From Spizellomyces punctatus DAOM BR117 (lineage: Eukaryota), in assembly GCA_000182565.2 (NCBI GenBank), contig KQ257456.1: a stretch of DNA of 64,000 nt. The stretch is one strand, 5' to 3'. Below the pieces are notes generated by a model that was given only the letters and a program-made list of their open reading frames with translations, did not search any database and was not told the origin of the DNA. Positions 1 to 15,850 of the stretch are shown one piece after another; the first letter of the stretch is position 1, and each line of letters begins with the position of its first letter. A program made the position numbers and the translations under genes.

Positions 1-179
1 GCAGTGTTCTTCCCGTCTTCCATTGTCCCCGCAAACTTGACGCGCCAGACAAAGTTCGCATGGCCTCCCGAAAGCCTTGTCACCTCGACTGCACGAGGAA
101 AATCAGCCGGAAGGGTAGTGACAAGATAACTGAGGATGCCAGCGTCGGTCGTAAGGTCGAGGTCAGCCGTATTTCTCAT
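1..179 (-). CDS. Partial (5' end) aminoglycoside-phosphotransferase/choline-kinase-like protein
   Basis: Minus-strand ATG at 179 reads MRNTADLDLTTDAGILSYL...VTRLSGGHANFVWRVKF and runs off the window. LSGGxxNxVWRV resembles the Gly-rich N-lobe loop of APH-fold kinases. Confidence 0.6.
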   Translation of the reverse strand, partial: MRNTADLDLTTDAGILSYLVTTLPADFPRAVEVTRLSGGHANFVWRVKFAGTMEDGKNT

Positions 180-461
180 GCCTGTCCTCAATGAATCTAT
201 GCACAGTCAGTGTTCGGAATATGCAAGATGCCCTCACCCCATGTCGACAGGATGGAAGTCGTTGGGCTTGAGTGACCTCCCCTTCTTGAGCAATTCATCG
301 GCTATAACCTGGTTAATTGTGGAGACGGTGGACACCTTAGTCACGTGTGCGCGGCTGTTGTGGTTATTACGGATCATGGGATTGTTTTCCCTCCCATGTT
401 TCCTACTTTTCAAGATCCCATTTGCACCCCACTTCCTCTGTCATTTGCACGGTAATTCACA

Positions 462-2137
462 ATGCGCAGAGTCTCGGTTAATGCCGCATTGCGGACTCTT
501 CCTCGAAGCGCCTACGCGCACCAGCATTTTAGACGGTACGCTACTCCCGCTAGTCCGCCTCCAGCGGAGGGTTTCATGCCCGGCGTTGCAACATCCAAAT
601 TCGTAAAGCACACCAAAGAGCAGGCTCTCGCAAACCCCGAGCTTTCGTCGCTAAAGAACTGTAAGATAGCTCGCATCACCTCCTCTCTCGTTGCTCCTAG
701 TTAACGTTTCTAAATATTCCAGCTGAAACCAAGAAACTCAACCTTTTCCAATCGGTGAACGAAGCAATGGACTTGGCGCTGGCGTCGGATGAATCTGCTG
801 GTATGAATATACTTTGACCTATGAAGCTACGGAGGCTTAAACATCCGTTTTCGAAAAGTTGTCTTTGGTGAAGATGTCGCGTTCGGCGGAGTGTTCCGTT
901 GCACAATGGGATTACAAGAGAAGTACGGTAAGTGGTTGAAGTTAGAATCCAAGCCATCGAGTGAATGCACCTCTAATGGGTGCTTGCTGTGTAGGCAAGG
1001 ATCGTGTATTCAACACTCCATTAACGGAACAGGGATTGGTTGGTTTTGGGATTGGAATGGCGGCCGCGGGCGCCACTGCTATAGCCGAGGTTCAGTTTGC
1101 CGACTACGTTTTTCCGGCCTTTGATCAGGTTAGATTTGTCTGAATGTAGTCAATCTGAGTGGTGTTGCTTACTCCTGGTTGCAGATTGTAAATGAGGCCG
1201 CAAAATACCGGTACCGTTCCGGGAACCAGTTTGACTGTGGTGGATTGACGATTCGAATGCCGTGCATGGCTGTTGGACATGGCGGTCATTATCACTCTCA
1301 AAGCCCCGAGGCCTACTTTGCCCACACCCCCGGACTGAAGGTGCGGACGGGGAAATGATATATATGTTTACCTGGCGAAGGGCTAATCTAGTCCGCATAG
1401 GTTGTCATTCCACGTTCACCCATCCAAGCAAAAGGCCTATTGCTCGCCGCCATCCGTGATCCGAATCCAGTCCTCTTCATGGAACCCAAGATCTTGTACC
1501 GTGCATCAGGTGAGACCACCGTACAATCATGAGAGCATTGATGACCCGGAACCACGTCAATGATACCTCACCTTTAGTGGAACAGGTGCCCGTAGATGAT
1601 TACACGTTACCCATCGGAAAAGCTGAGGTCATGAAGCAAGGTAAGATTGGATAGTTAAAGCCGTCCGTGTCAAGGCTAACTCGTTATCCTAATTTTGCAG
1701 GCAAGGATGTGACCGTTGTGGGCTGGGGCTCTCAGATATACGTACTCGAAACAGCAATTGCGATGATTGAAAAGGAGATACCCGGCCTGCAAGTCGAACT
1801 TATCGACTTGCGATCTATCTTGCCGTGGGATGTCGAAACGATTGAAAAGGTAAGGTCACGGCACCTGAACTCCTCTTGCCATCTCGTGCTCATTATCAAT
1901 GATCGTTAGTCCGTAAACAAAACTGGACGTCTTGTCATTGCACATGAAGCACCAGTCACGGGCGGTTTCGGTGCGGAAATGGCAGCCGCCATTCAGGAAC
2001 GTTGCTTCCTCCGTTTGGAAGCGCCCATTCAACGAGTGTGCGGCTGGGACACCCCTTTCCCGCTTATATTTGAGAAGTTTTATGTACCCAGTGCGATACG
2101 ATGCGTCGAAGGTATCAAGAAGGCTTTGAACTACTAG
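462..2137 (+). CDS. BCKDHB: Branched-chain 2-oxoacid dehydrogenase E1 beta subunit, mitochondrial (multi-exon)
   Basis: Spliced exons give an Arg-rich presequence, [61 protein letters not shown] and [10 protein letters not shown]. Stop TAG at 2135-2137. Confidence 0.95.
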
Positions 2138-2355
2138 ATAGTGTACAGCTCGTGTACAGGTTAAGAAAATCACGATTCCTGAGAAATGTTAGAATTGCAC
2201 CACAAGGACGATAATTGATAAAAGACTGGCTGACGGGTATAAATACGGGAGTTCACTTGAATGAAAGAGATTCGTCTATTAATGAAATAAAAAATGAACA
2301 CTTTGCCCAGCCCGCCATGATTCCCCACACCATGCGCAAAAGCGAGGAAGCACGC

Positions 2356-2908
2356 TTAAGCTGTGGCGTCCTTAAGGTATGCAATAACATCTGCACGTTC
2401 CTGGGGCTTCTTGAAGCCAGCGAACACCATCTTGGTCTGCACAAAACATCCAAACGTTAGCGAATAGCGGTAGCCCAAAATATCGCGACTATCGCGTAAG
2501 ATACATACACCAGGAACAAACTTCTTGGGGTTCTCAAGGTAGGTGAACATGTTCTCGTCTGTCCACGTCACTTGCTTCTTTTGCATAGCGGCGGAGTACG
2601 AGAAGCCTTCAGCGGTACCAGATTGACGACCGAAAAGGCCGTGCAAGTTGGGTCCGACCTTGTGGGGTGCACCCTATAGCACAACACGGTTATTGACACC
2701 ATCGTGACTTCACCATTCGAATGAATGGACACTCTACCTTTTCAACAACGTGACATTGAGCACAACGAGTCTTGAAGAGCTTGGCTCCGTTAGTGGCGTT
2801 ACCTATTGATTTACACGTAGCATGGCCATATTAATTCCTGCAACCGGGGGATGGCGGAGGACGCCAAACTGAAAACTGGAAACAATACATACCAGCGGGG
2901 ATAGACAT
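2356..2908 (-). CDS. CYC1: Cytochrome c (4 exons)
   Basis: [43 protein letters not shown]...[21 protein letters not shown]. Contains the CxxCH heme motif and the axial Met. Confidence 0.97.
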
Positions 2909-3170
2909 GTTTTATGTGATGTGTTTTAAAAAGGGATGGAGTGCTTTGTGTGGGTATTCCTTGCAGGACGAGTAACGTCGGAGAGATGTAGCGAGTTGGA
3001 GAAGAGTACGGAGACCTGGCGAATAACAAGCGTCTTTTTGTTTTGTTTTTTCCCGTTGCTAATCCCGGTTCAAATCCCCGATTTGTTCCGACGATGACTT
3101 GGTTGCCAAGGCTAAGCTTTGCTTATGTAATGGATTACGTTGGAACTGCGTCAGTCTGTATTTTGTTTAT

Positions 3171-4866
3171 TTATTTTCGCAGCTGCTCAATTTCTGCTTC
3201 AGCTCGCCGCAGTTCTGTATACATGTACAATAGTTCCTCCTCTAAAGCATCGCGCTCACGCTCCAACTGCGACACGGTGGTTTGTATATCAGACATTGGT
3301 AGGGTTGCTTGATTATCAGGAAGATGGAGGCCGTCAGTCGGTAGTTCACGACTGTGTTTGTCTTGGGTGAGCAACAGGCTTTGATCCAACAGTCCAGAAT
3401 TTGTCGTGGCTTCCATATTGGTAGATATTGCATTTGCACTTTGCTCGTGATCTGCCCTAGACACGAGCTCTAAAGTTGCAAAAACGCCGTTCAGGGATGC
3501 ATCCTTATCAAGCCATTCCAGTTCCTCTCGCTGCATGTGGGGGATTGGAGGTGGGGGCATCGTCTCCGAACATTCCACTATGAATTGCTTTGAGTCACTC
3601 CGGAACACTTTGCGTGGACTATCCTTCAAGTGACTGCTGCCCCGTCTAGTGCTTTGTGTCTCCATTTGCTGGCGAAAATCTGCCACACAAAGTTCAACAT
3701 CATGTTCTGACGACAAGGACTCATCGCAGGCTCCAGAGATGAAATTTCCCTTCTGCACTTCGGATGCTCCCTTAAAGAGCCCATCATGATTCACAACTTC
3801 CGACCGAGAATGGGACCGAGACAAGGGTGCAGCGCGCCCACAGCCCTCACTAGCATGCAATTCTCCCAACGTATTGATCTCGTCTACCTCACCAACCAAC
3901 TGTGTGGTTGTTTCCCTCTCAAGCGACCGATTGCATTGTTCACAGCGTTCGCAGCGCGCTTTTAGCGCCTCACATTCTGTCTCAAATGTTGCGCACTTGA
4001 CTTTGTACTCTGCGATCTCCGCTTGAAGAGACGTTATAGTGGCCATTAAGCTAGATATCGGATTTGTCTCTGCGACATGGACAATTGCTGGCTTTCATCA
4101 TATATGTAGCTTCTAATGAGCCCCATGCATCTTGTGGTAAAACTGTTAAACTGTTACCTCGTTTCTTGGGGACATATCTGTGCAATTCTTGGTTATAGTG
4201 AGACGTAGAACGCGGATTTCGTCGGTCTGTTCAGCTATCGTCTGTTGCGCGTCGGCCAAGAGGGTCTGAAGATGCTGAGAACGGACACGAAGATCGTCGC
4301 GCTCGCGAATGAGCTTCGCTTGATCTTCATTATTGAGAATGGTGTGTGGGATGGTAGGGGGATGAGCCACTCGTAGAGGCGGAACAGCTTGACTGCGAAG
4401 GGGAACCTCTCGTTTCCGCCTGTTTGAACCTTGCTTGTTCGACGTGGTTTTTAACTGGATCGCCTTTTTATCTGTCGCGTTGCTTATATTTCGTTGCATC
4501 CCAAGGTTCCCGTCCAGTGTGCTATAGGCGGCCTGTGGCAAAAACGCGGACTATTTATAAACTGCGCCACGCAACTAAAGTGAGATGGCCTGAAGCATGT
4601 CGTCCTTCATTTGACCGACATTCCAGCCCATCACTGGCGTCAACTGACCGTCGGCCGAAGCCATAGGTTTTGTCCGCGCTTGGCAAGCTCCCGTTATTGA
4701 AAGCTATAGGGGTCGGCCACTGAATATCCGAAATTGCGTTGATGAGTAAACAAAGGTCGCATTCCAATGGCGCTTCGAATGCAATATAGCCATTTATGTA
4801 TGATAATAGTTGGTTACAGTGTCCGACAGGCGGTTTGCTGGGAACAACTCTCGCAGTCTTCGCCAC
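3171..4866 (-). CDS. Hypothetical coiled-coil protein (multi-exon; 5' end uncertain)
   Basis: Three consecutive minus-strand ORFs (4555-4866, 4146-4541, 3171-4046) separated by intron-sized gaps, with heptad-rich E/L/Q segments. No family recognised. Confidence 0.55.
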
Positions 4867-5041
4867 AGCTTCATCGCGTCAACGATTCTTCAGATCGCTG
4901 TTCATTTTGCAAGCAAAACTAGTTTAACTAAGAGTAAGTCAAGTTTGTCTGGGCCGGATGGACATGGTGGACAATCTAGAGTTAACAGATTACCCTAGAA
5001 CCCACTTCATACGAGTTTGACCAAAAGTCCCCAGGACAACA

Positions 5042-9096
<4,055 letters not shown>

Positions 9097-9391
9097 AGAA
9101 TGTCGACGCCAAGGAAGCATTACTATTCCTAGAGTCTACATAGTCTGGTAGCGATACATTCAAAATCTGTTATTGTGAGAAAGTTTAGCAGTCCAATGAT
9201 ATCTGAATTGCCAAATATGTAATGCATAGATGATGTTTCTGCGACAGAGTTCAACAGAGTCTTTCAATTGCGTAACGTTATATATAGCGTAGAAACGGAA
9301 ACCGAACCAAAAGGCGACCACCCAAATCATCAGAGGGTTGTAGAGTAGCGAAATTGGATTGTTGACATGATGTGCATGTACAAAAAGTCAA

Positions 9392-10959
9392 TTAAAGTTG
9401 CCCGCAGTCCGCAATCACCACTCGCTTCTTTGGTTGACCGGCTGCTGTCCCTATTTTCTCCATTTTGCGCACCACGTCCATGCCAGTAATGACCTCCCCA
9501 AACACCTGTCGTTCAACATCACGGGTTGGTCAACTATGGCCCTAGAGCTTCGAGAGTTTACGGTACAAGTACTTTGCTTACCACGTGTTTATCATCAAGC
9601 CAGCTTGTCTTTTCCGTTGTGATAAAGAATTGCGAGCCTATCACAGAGCCGTCAGCTTTTAGTTACTTCCCAACTGGTATGCGACATCTCACCATTTGTA
9701 TTTGGTCCTGCATTTGCCATGGAGAGCGTCTGGGAAACATTATATGAGTGAGCCTACGATCATAGCCCATTCATACATGGATGCAACACGTACCCCGGGC
9801 TTGGTATGTCTTAGAAGAAAGTTTTCATCTGCAAACTTCTCCCCATAGATGCTCTTTCCCCCGGTACCGTTATGCTTGGTAAAATCACCTAACACCAATG
9901 CCAAATTAATTTCACCTCCGTACAGCCAACCGATAATATCTGGTACAAACCTCCTTGACACATAAATTGAGGAATTATTCTGTGGAAGGTGGACTTTTTG
10001 TATCCAAACCCCTTCTCGTGTGTACATCTGTTGGTACAAAATTCCATTAGAGAAGCATCCGCAATGTGCGCGAACGGACAAGGTGGCTTACAGTGCACGA
10101 AAGTTTTCCGCCGTTTCTAAGGAAGAGACATGGGATTAATACACATTCCGACCGGGAGTTAAAAAATGATATGATAGACGCACTTGGAACAACATCTGCT
10201 CGCAAAAGTATGACAATCCGCCCAGCCATGACTCCACCAATCTCAATATCAAAGTACACTCGAGGATTTCCTCCACCACCAGTGCTGCTAGCTGATGCCG
10301 TTTTTGTTCGTTTTGCAGGTGGCGCCGTGCTTTCGGTCCCGTTTTCCGTATCCTCTTGTGCTTCACCATCAACGACCACTTCCTCACCATCCGCCACTGC
10401 TCCCGTCTCTGGTATGCCAGCAGCATGCGTTTTCAACCAAGATTCTTCGTTCCATACTGATGCAAAAAAAAAACTAGTAACTAAGACTGCCAAATAAAAC
10501 TCTTAGATCTGTGCATGACACTCACCTGCTTTTGTTGTGAAGACTTGTCCTTTCATCGGCTTGGCCAGGTTAACCTTGATTACTTTCCCATGTATTTCAG
10601 CCAGGTTCATATTCTCTATTGCCGCTTGTGCATCTTCCGGAAATTCATATTCAACAAAACCAAAGCCGCGATGAGGGTTACCTGTAGATTGTGGAAATCA
10701 GAGGGCGTTCCGATAAAAGACAACTCAGGAGAAAGGTAGACTTACGTGAGGACGGATCTGGGGGTATCTGAACTTGCACAATGTCACCGAACGGTATAAA
10801 GGCCGCGTGAAGTGTGGTTTCCGTCACATTATCCTCCAATCCACCTACAGATCAAAAGAGTATATCTTTAAATTTCGCCGTTTAAGCAGCTCAAACGCTC
10901 GACCTCTCCCGCATACCAACGTAGATTGTTGTCTTATTGTTCTTTGTGATGTTTTCCAT
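9392..10959 (-). CDS. PPIE: Cyclophilin E / Cyp33 (RRM + cyclophilin PPIase)
   Basis: N-terminal RRM ([11 protein letters not shown]...AFIPFGDI...[20 protein letters not shown] linker region), then [42 protein letters not shown] and IADCGQL*. Confidence 0.93.
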
Positions 10960-11218
10960 AAGCATTTTGACGATTTCTCCCGATCTTCAAAATGTGATCT
11001 TCAAAGGCGGTTTGGCCGAATACAAGCAACCAAGCACACGTGACTCTGAACCTTTGCCAATTATCGCTGAAACCACATGACATCATCTCAAAGGGGTTGG
11101 CGCAATAACGCCAAGCTATATATTCGTCCTCATTTCGTCCTTTAAATTTCCATCCGAATTTTCTTAAACAATTTTCCACAGAGCACTACACAAACTTGTA
11201 AAGACAGCACCAAAAAAT

Positions 11219-11657
11219 ATGTCTGGTACGTATTTGCTTTTACACCGAACGCACTGGGATGATGGTTACTTGAACTGTATCATATCTTTTTAGGCAAATA
11301 CATTGTTGTTTTCAAATCGGACACTCCCCAGGAAGTCATCAACAAGGCCGCAAATGACGTCGAAGCTTCCGGTGAGCGGACTAATGGCAGCATCAACATC
11401 TGCTTGTTACCTGAGCTGAATATTCTCATGTCACTAGGAGGTACTATCGGTCACCGATACGACTCTGTCATGAAAGGTTTCTCCGCGACGCTCCCAGACA
11501 ATGTGCTGAGTATGTTTCACTACGCTGCCCTTTCGGAAGCAACGTTTACTAATATACTCCGTTTCCAGCAACATTCCAGTCCCACGACAAGGTTGACTAC
11601 ATTGAGGCGGACGGTGAAGTATCTGCCTACGCAAAGAGCAAGGGCATTGGGAAATAA
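11219..11657 (+). CDS. Small peptidase inhibitor I9 (subtilisin-propeptide-like; POIA/Pbi2 type), 4 exons
   Basis: Spliced product is MSGKYIVVFKSDTPQEVINKAANDVEASGGTIGHRYDSVMKGFSATLPDNVLTTFQSHDKVDYIEADGEVSAYAKSKGIGK. YIVVF, GFSA and YIEAD are I9 motifs. Confidence 0.88.
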
Positions 11658-11801
11658 TGCGGAAAGATATAGTCTTTTACATACATCTTATGTAAATAGC
11701 ACCTGGGTATCTACTTTTGCTGAATGCTACCGCTGCAATTTCACTTGAAAAGATGTTTCATCTGTACAAAATAAATAAAGTTGCTATTGGCCCGATCTAT
11801 C

Positions 11802-13575
11802 CTAATCAACGTCCTCCTTTTGTGGATCAACCCGAGCATCCCATAAAGGTATTATCGGCGTGTCCGGTCCAAAGTACCCCCCTGGACTCAAAGCATCACC
11901 ACTTCCAGCAATCCCATGATTTGCGGTTAGACCCCGTGACACCCACTCTCGTTCCACTCGAAAGAACACCCACATCCATCTTCGCAGAACTTCCAATACT
12001 TTAAGAGCTATATCCACCGCTGCCAAAGATTGCTTGACTCCTTCTTTAGGAGTTCCAACACCGTCCACGACTTGTTGGAGGATAGCGACTCTCACTATCC
12101 ATGACATTCGGAGAATCGTGTCGAGAAGAATCGCAGCGTAGTAAACAAAGGGATACCGGAAGTGAAGCACGGGTCGAAGGAGAACAGGATACTTTGAGCT
12201 ATTGCGGGATGTGCTGCGTCGCCTTTGAAGGTTTCCAAGATGCCAATCCATCACGATATCCCAGTACAAACTGAAAATCGAATTTACAACCGAGAAAAAT
12301 ACCCTAAGTAGCAAAAACAAATTACGCTGCGAACTTTCGAAAATATCATCATGATCGAGCATGTTCGTACCACAAACCCAAAGAGAGACTCAGATTCCAC
12401 TGGGCATCACGAAGCTGGGTATGCTTCAGAACGTTCTCTTGATGATGATCATGATACTTCGTCTCTAGCCAGTTTATCAGAAAGCCCGTTATCACAACGG
12501 GTAAAGCTGACAGATATTTTATGGCATTAGCCAAGTGCCGAGTGCGAGCGGAAGGGGAGCTTGACTGGGTATATTCGGCAAGACATTGGCGGAGACGAAA
12601 TAGGTATGGGAGACTGTATGACAGGGCATGCAGATGAGCAAATTCGGAACTCACAATGCAGGCAGATGTGCGTTCTAAGCTGACCAGACAAGAAACGGAG
12701 ATACGAAATCCAAAAAACGGAAATTGCGGAGTGTTGATACTCGTAACGAAGTGGCAGATGAAGCTTCTCTACTCATGACAACGTTTTTAGGAATAGCTCC
12801 GGCTTTCGCGAGCCCGTGGGAAACTTCCTCTGTAACAAGATCTGCAAATACTATTTGCAAATCTCCCATGATCTTTGAAAAAGATGTCAGGATATCCGCC
12901 AAGATCACGTCGCAGAACGGGACGGTAGAACCCAGACCCCCAAGAATAGTGCGTATTAGGGAACTGACAGTAACGCAAAAGGTGGTACAAATTAGATCTG
13001 ACGGAAACTTTGATGTGATAATTCAATTTCCAATCCCAGATTACATACCGTGTAAATCTACCCCTCTCCCGTGCAAAGAAGCCCTTGCGAGGCCACAAAA
13101 TCAAAGCCGTTAACAGCACAAAGGTAAGCGAGGGTACAATCTCGGCAGCTTCTTCACCCCATTTGGCTTCTAGCTTTGCAAATATTGCCAAGCTAAGGAA
13201 TGTGATGATTGTAAACGTCGCGGCAATCCCATATAGAGCAGTAGTGTCCTCCGATCTAGAGACGGACGATGGTTTCCTGACTTGCGCATCTAGAACGCGA
13301 TATAGATCTATGCCTGTCGCGACAAGCACATGAACATTTGTAGCCCAACACCATATGCCAAGGTCGACCAGTAGTAGCAGGCGAAAATAGGGAGGTAGAG
13401 ACACAAAGCTTGCAAAGGCCCACGCTCCCCCATCATATAAAAGATAAATAAGGACAATGGTAACGACAAGTGCGAGGAACCGAGCAAAGTAGTCCAGTTG
13501 GAAAGGTCTACTTGAAATGTTCCCAAACGACACCAGTGCAGGCGAATCAACCGTCGGTTCCTTCGTGTCCTCCAT
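11802..13575 (-). CDS. ERD1: EXS-family membrane protein (ERD1-like)
   Basis: DVILADILTSFSK, RLRQCLAEY, HLANAIKY, YWDIVMDW and LEVLRRWMWVFFRVEREW; no SPX domain. First ATG is at 13575. Confidence 0.85.
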
Positions 13576-14106
13576 CACCAAGCCTGGCTCTTTAATCGCA
13601 TCTGAAAGCCGATTCGCAATACGATGTTGCGGGAAAATATCACTAGTATTCGAGGTAACCGAGTGTGGTGAAAATAGTATTCCTGCCGAAGGAAGACCAG
13701 CCGATGCGCGCGACGAGAAAGACTCGCCCACCACCAGCGGGTACAGCGTTCTTTTCTAAAAGGAATGAACAACTTGGTTACCTTGTTTGCTTGCACCCAG
13801 CCTTGACTATCCTTTAAACTTGCCTGTTTTGGGGACGGAATTCTGCTCCAAATCCTACTTTGCAAAAGGGCAAACTCTCCAAAAAACGCGCTTCGCTTGA
13901 ACGCGACCGATCAAGTCGTGCCTTAAATTGATCACCGCAACTGTGCCTTTTCAGTGAGGCGGAGGGTTCCTTTGCTTGTTCCCCGTCGAACTGTGCGAGG
14001 TAAAAGTGGAAGCGGCGTTTTGGAACATTTTCAAAAGCATTTATTCATTGTACAGTGTCGCCTTTCGAAATCACAGCGACCTCACCCTCGATCTCATTTT
14101 CAAAAG

Positions 14107-15796
14107 ATGCCGGGAAAAGAAGCAAATGGTGTCGCGGCCGTCGAGCGGAAGAAGGCGCCCGTCAAGCCTGATCAGGCAACCTTTGAGCGGGTACGTTTCA
14201 GTTTTTCTCAAGGCAGCTCACCATAAAGATGCACCTAGTGTGTTTTCTAAATTACCGGGACTCTCTTTTAGGAACTCAAGGAAATTGACAGCAACATTGA
14301 GGCGTTGAAAAAGCAGCTGGTACTTTCTACACTTTCTGTTTTAAAGGGAAGGGGTATCGCGAAGCTAAAAATCCACTTATTTGCTAGGCGGAGGCTCAGA
14401 ACCGCATCAGCGAAACTGACACCAAGGACGCTTTCACAGATCGCAGAAAAGATCTGCGCGAGCAGCAGGATGCACTGATCAAGCAGCGGAATGAGCTCCA
14501 AGATCAGCGAGGGAAAATTTTCGATCAACTAAAGGCTATCCAGGCCAAGTTGAGGAAAAAAGTAAGGAATGCTGTGGATCAGCACAAGAAAGGTTCTTTT
14601 GTATAATTATACTTCTTCTTAGACCGACGACGCAAGGTCTTCAAAGGACCGTCTTGGGTACAAGTCTGTGGAGGATGTTGACAAACAGATCAGGTGAGAA
14701 AGCAGTCACTGCGAAGATGATAGTCTGATGGCCTATGCTTATTCAATCGTCGCTCTCTAGCACCCTCGAGCGCCAATTGCAATCTGGTGAAGCATCCCTG
14801 CACGAGGAAAAGCGCATTGTTGCTGAAATTTCAAATCTGAAAAAGGCACGAAAGATTTTGGAGGGATTCAGCAGTCAACAGTCGTCGGTGGAAAGTGATA
14901 AGAAGCAACTCGATGACTTGCGTGCTCAGTTGGATGCGATTGAACCTCAGCGCAAGGAGATCCATGCCAAGATCGATGCTGTGAAAGCTCAGTTTACTGA
15001 TCTCGACAATGAACGTAAATCAAAAAAGGGCAATTTGAATGACCTCGTAAATGACCGCAAAAATATTAAGGCCGATCTTGACGCTGAATTTGACAAGCTC
15101 CGTGCATTGAAATCCAACTATAAGAAGCAGAAGGACGAATGGTTCACATGGCAACGTGAAGAACACGCGCGAAAACACGAGCAATACTTGGCCCGTAAGC
15201 GGGAGGAGAGCGAAGCACGGCTGACAGCGCAGGCAGAGCGAGAACGAGAAGCGGCCGAAATTCCAGCTTATTCTGACGAGATCAACCAATGCGCCACCCT
15301 CATAAAGTTTCTCGAAAATTACTCGTCTAAATCGGAAGCTACAAAGACAAATTCCGCAGATGCCTCCGCGAGCACACGACCGGTGGACACTGGACTGCCG
15401 GAAGGGGCGGTCCTCTTGAAGAAGAAGGATGACGAAGAATACATGGTTCTCGGCAACAAGAAGGGCAAGAAGGGCCGCCGACAGGGGGGTAGTGGACAGA
15501 CTGAAAAGGTCAAGCCTTTCAAGTTGGACTTTGACATCATTGACCAGTTTGTGAAGCTCAAGATTGATCTCCCAGTATCTGCTGCCGAAATTCCTGCCAC
15601 AATTTCTGCACTCGAGGAAAAGCAGAAATGGTTCAAAGACAATCAAGCAGAAGCTACTGCTAAGGCAAAGGCTGCGGCTGAGGCTAAGATTGCTGCCTTG
15701 AGGCGAGGGGACTCTGCCAACGGAGATAGCACACCGGTAGAAAAGGTAGAAAACAAGGTAGAGGCAGCCGCAGAAGTAGATGCATCTGATATCTAG
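14107..15796 (+). CDS. BFR1: Bfr1-like nuclear segregation / mRNP coiled-coil protein
   Basis: KPDQATFE, LGYKSVEDVDKQI, LHEEKRIVAEISNLKK, PAYSDEINQCATLIKFL and LEEKQKWFKDNQ resemble Bfr1-family proteins. Confidence 0.75.
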
Positions 15797-15850
15797 AGCA
15801 AAACACATTGTTTATGAAAGCTAAATACATATCGACTGGACCCATGTGCC

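Noticed and set aside
3067-3077. Isolated B-box-like GGTTCAAATCC (a similar one lies at 52386-52395)
   Set aside because: No cloverleaf or properly spaced A-box; such short matches are expected by chance.
15020-15808. 262-aa hydrophobic antisense ORF in BFR1
   Set aside because: It is the reverse complement of Lys/Glu codons and not an independent gene.
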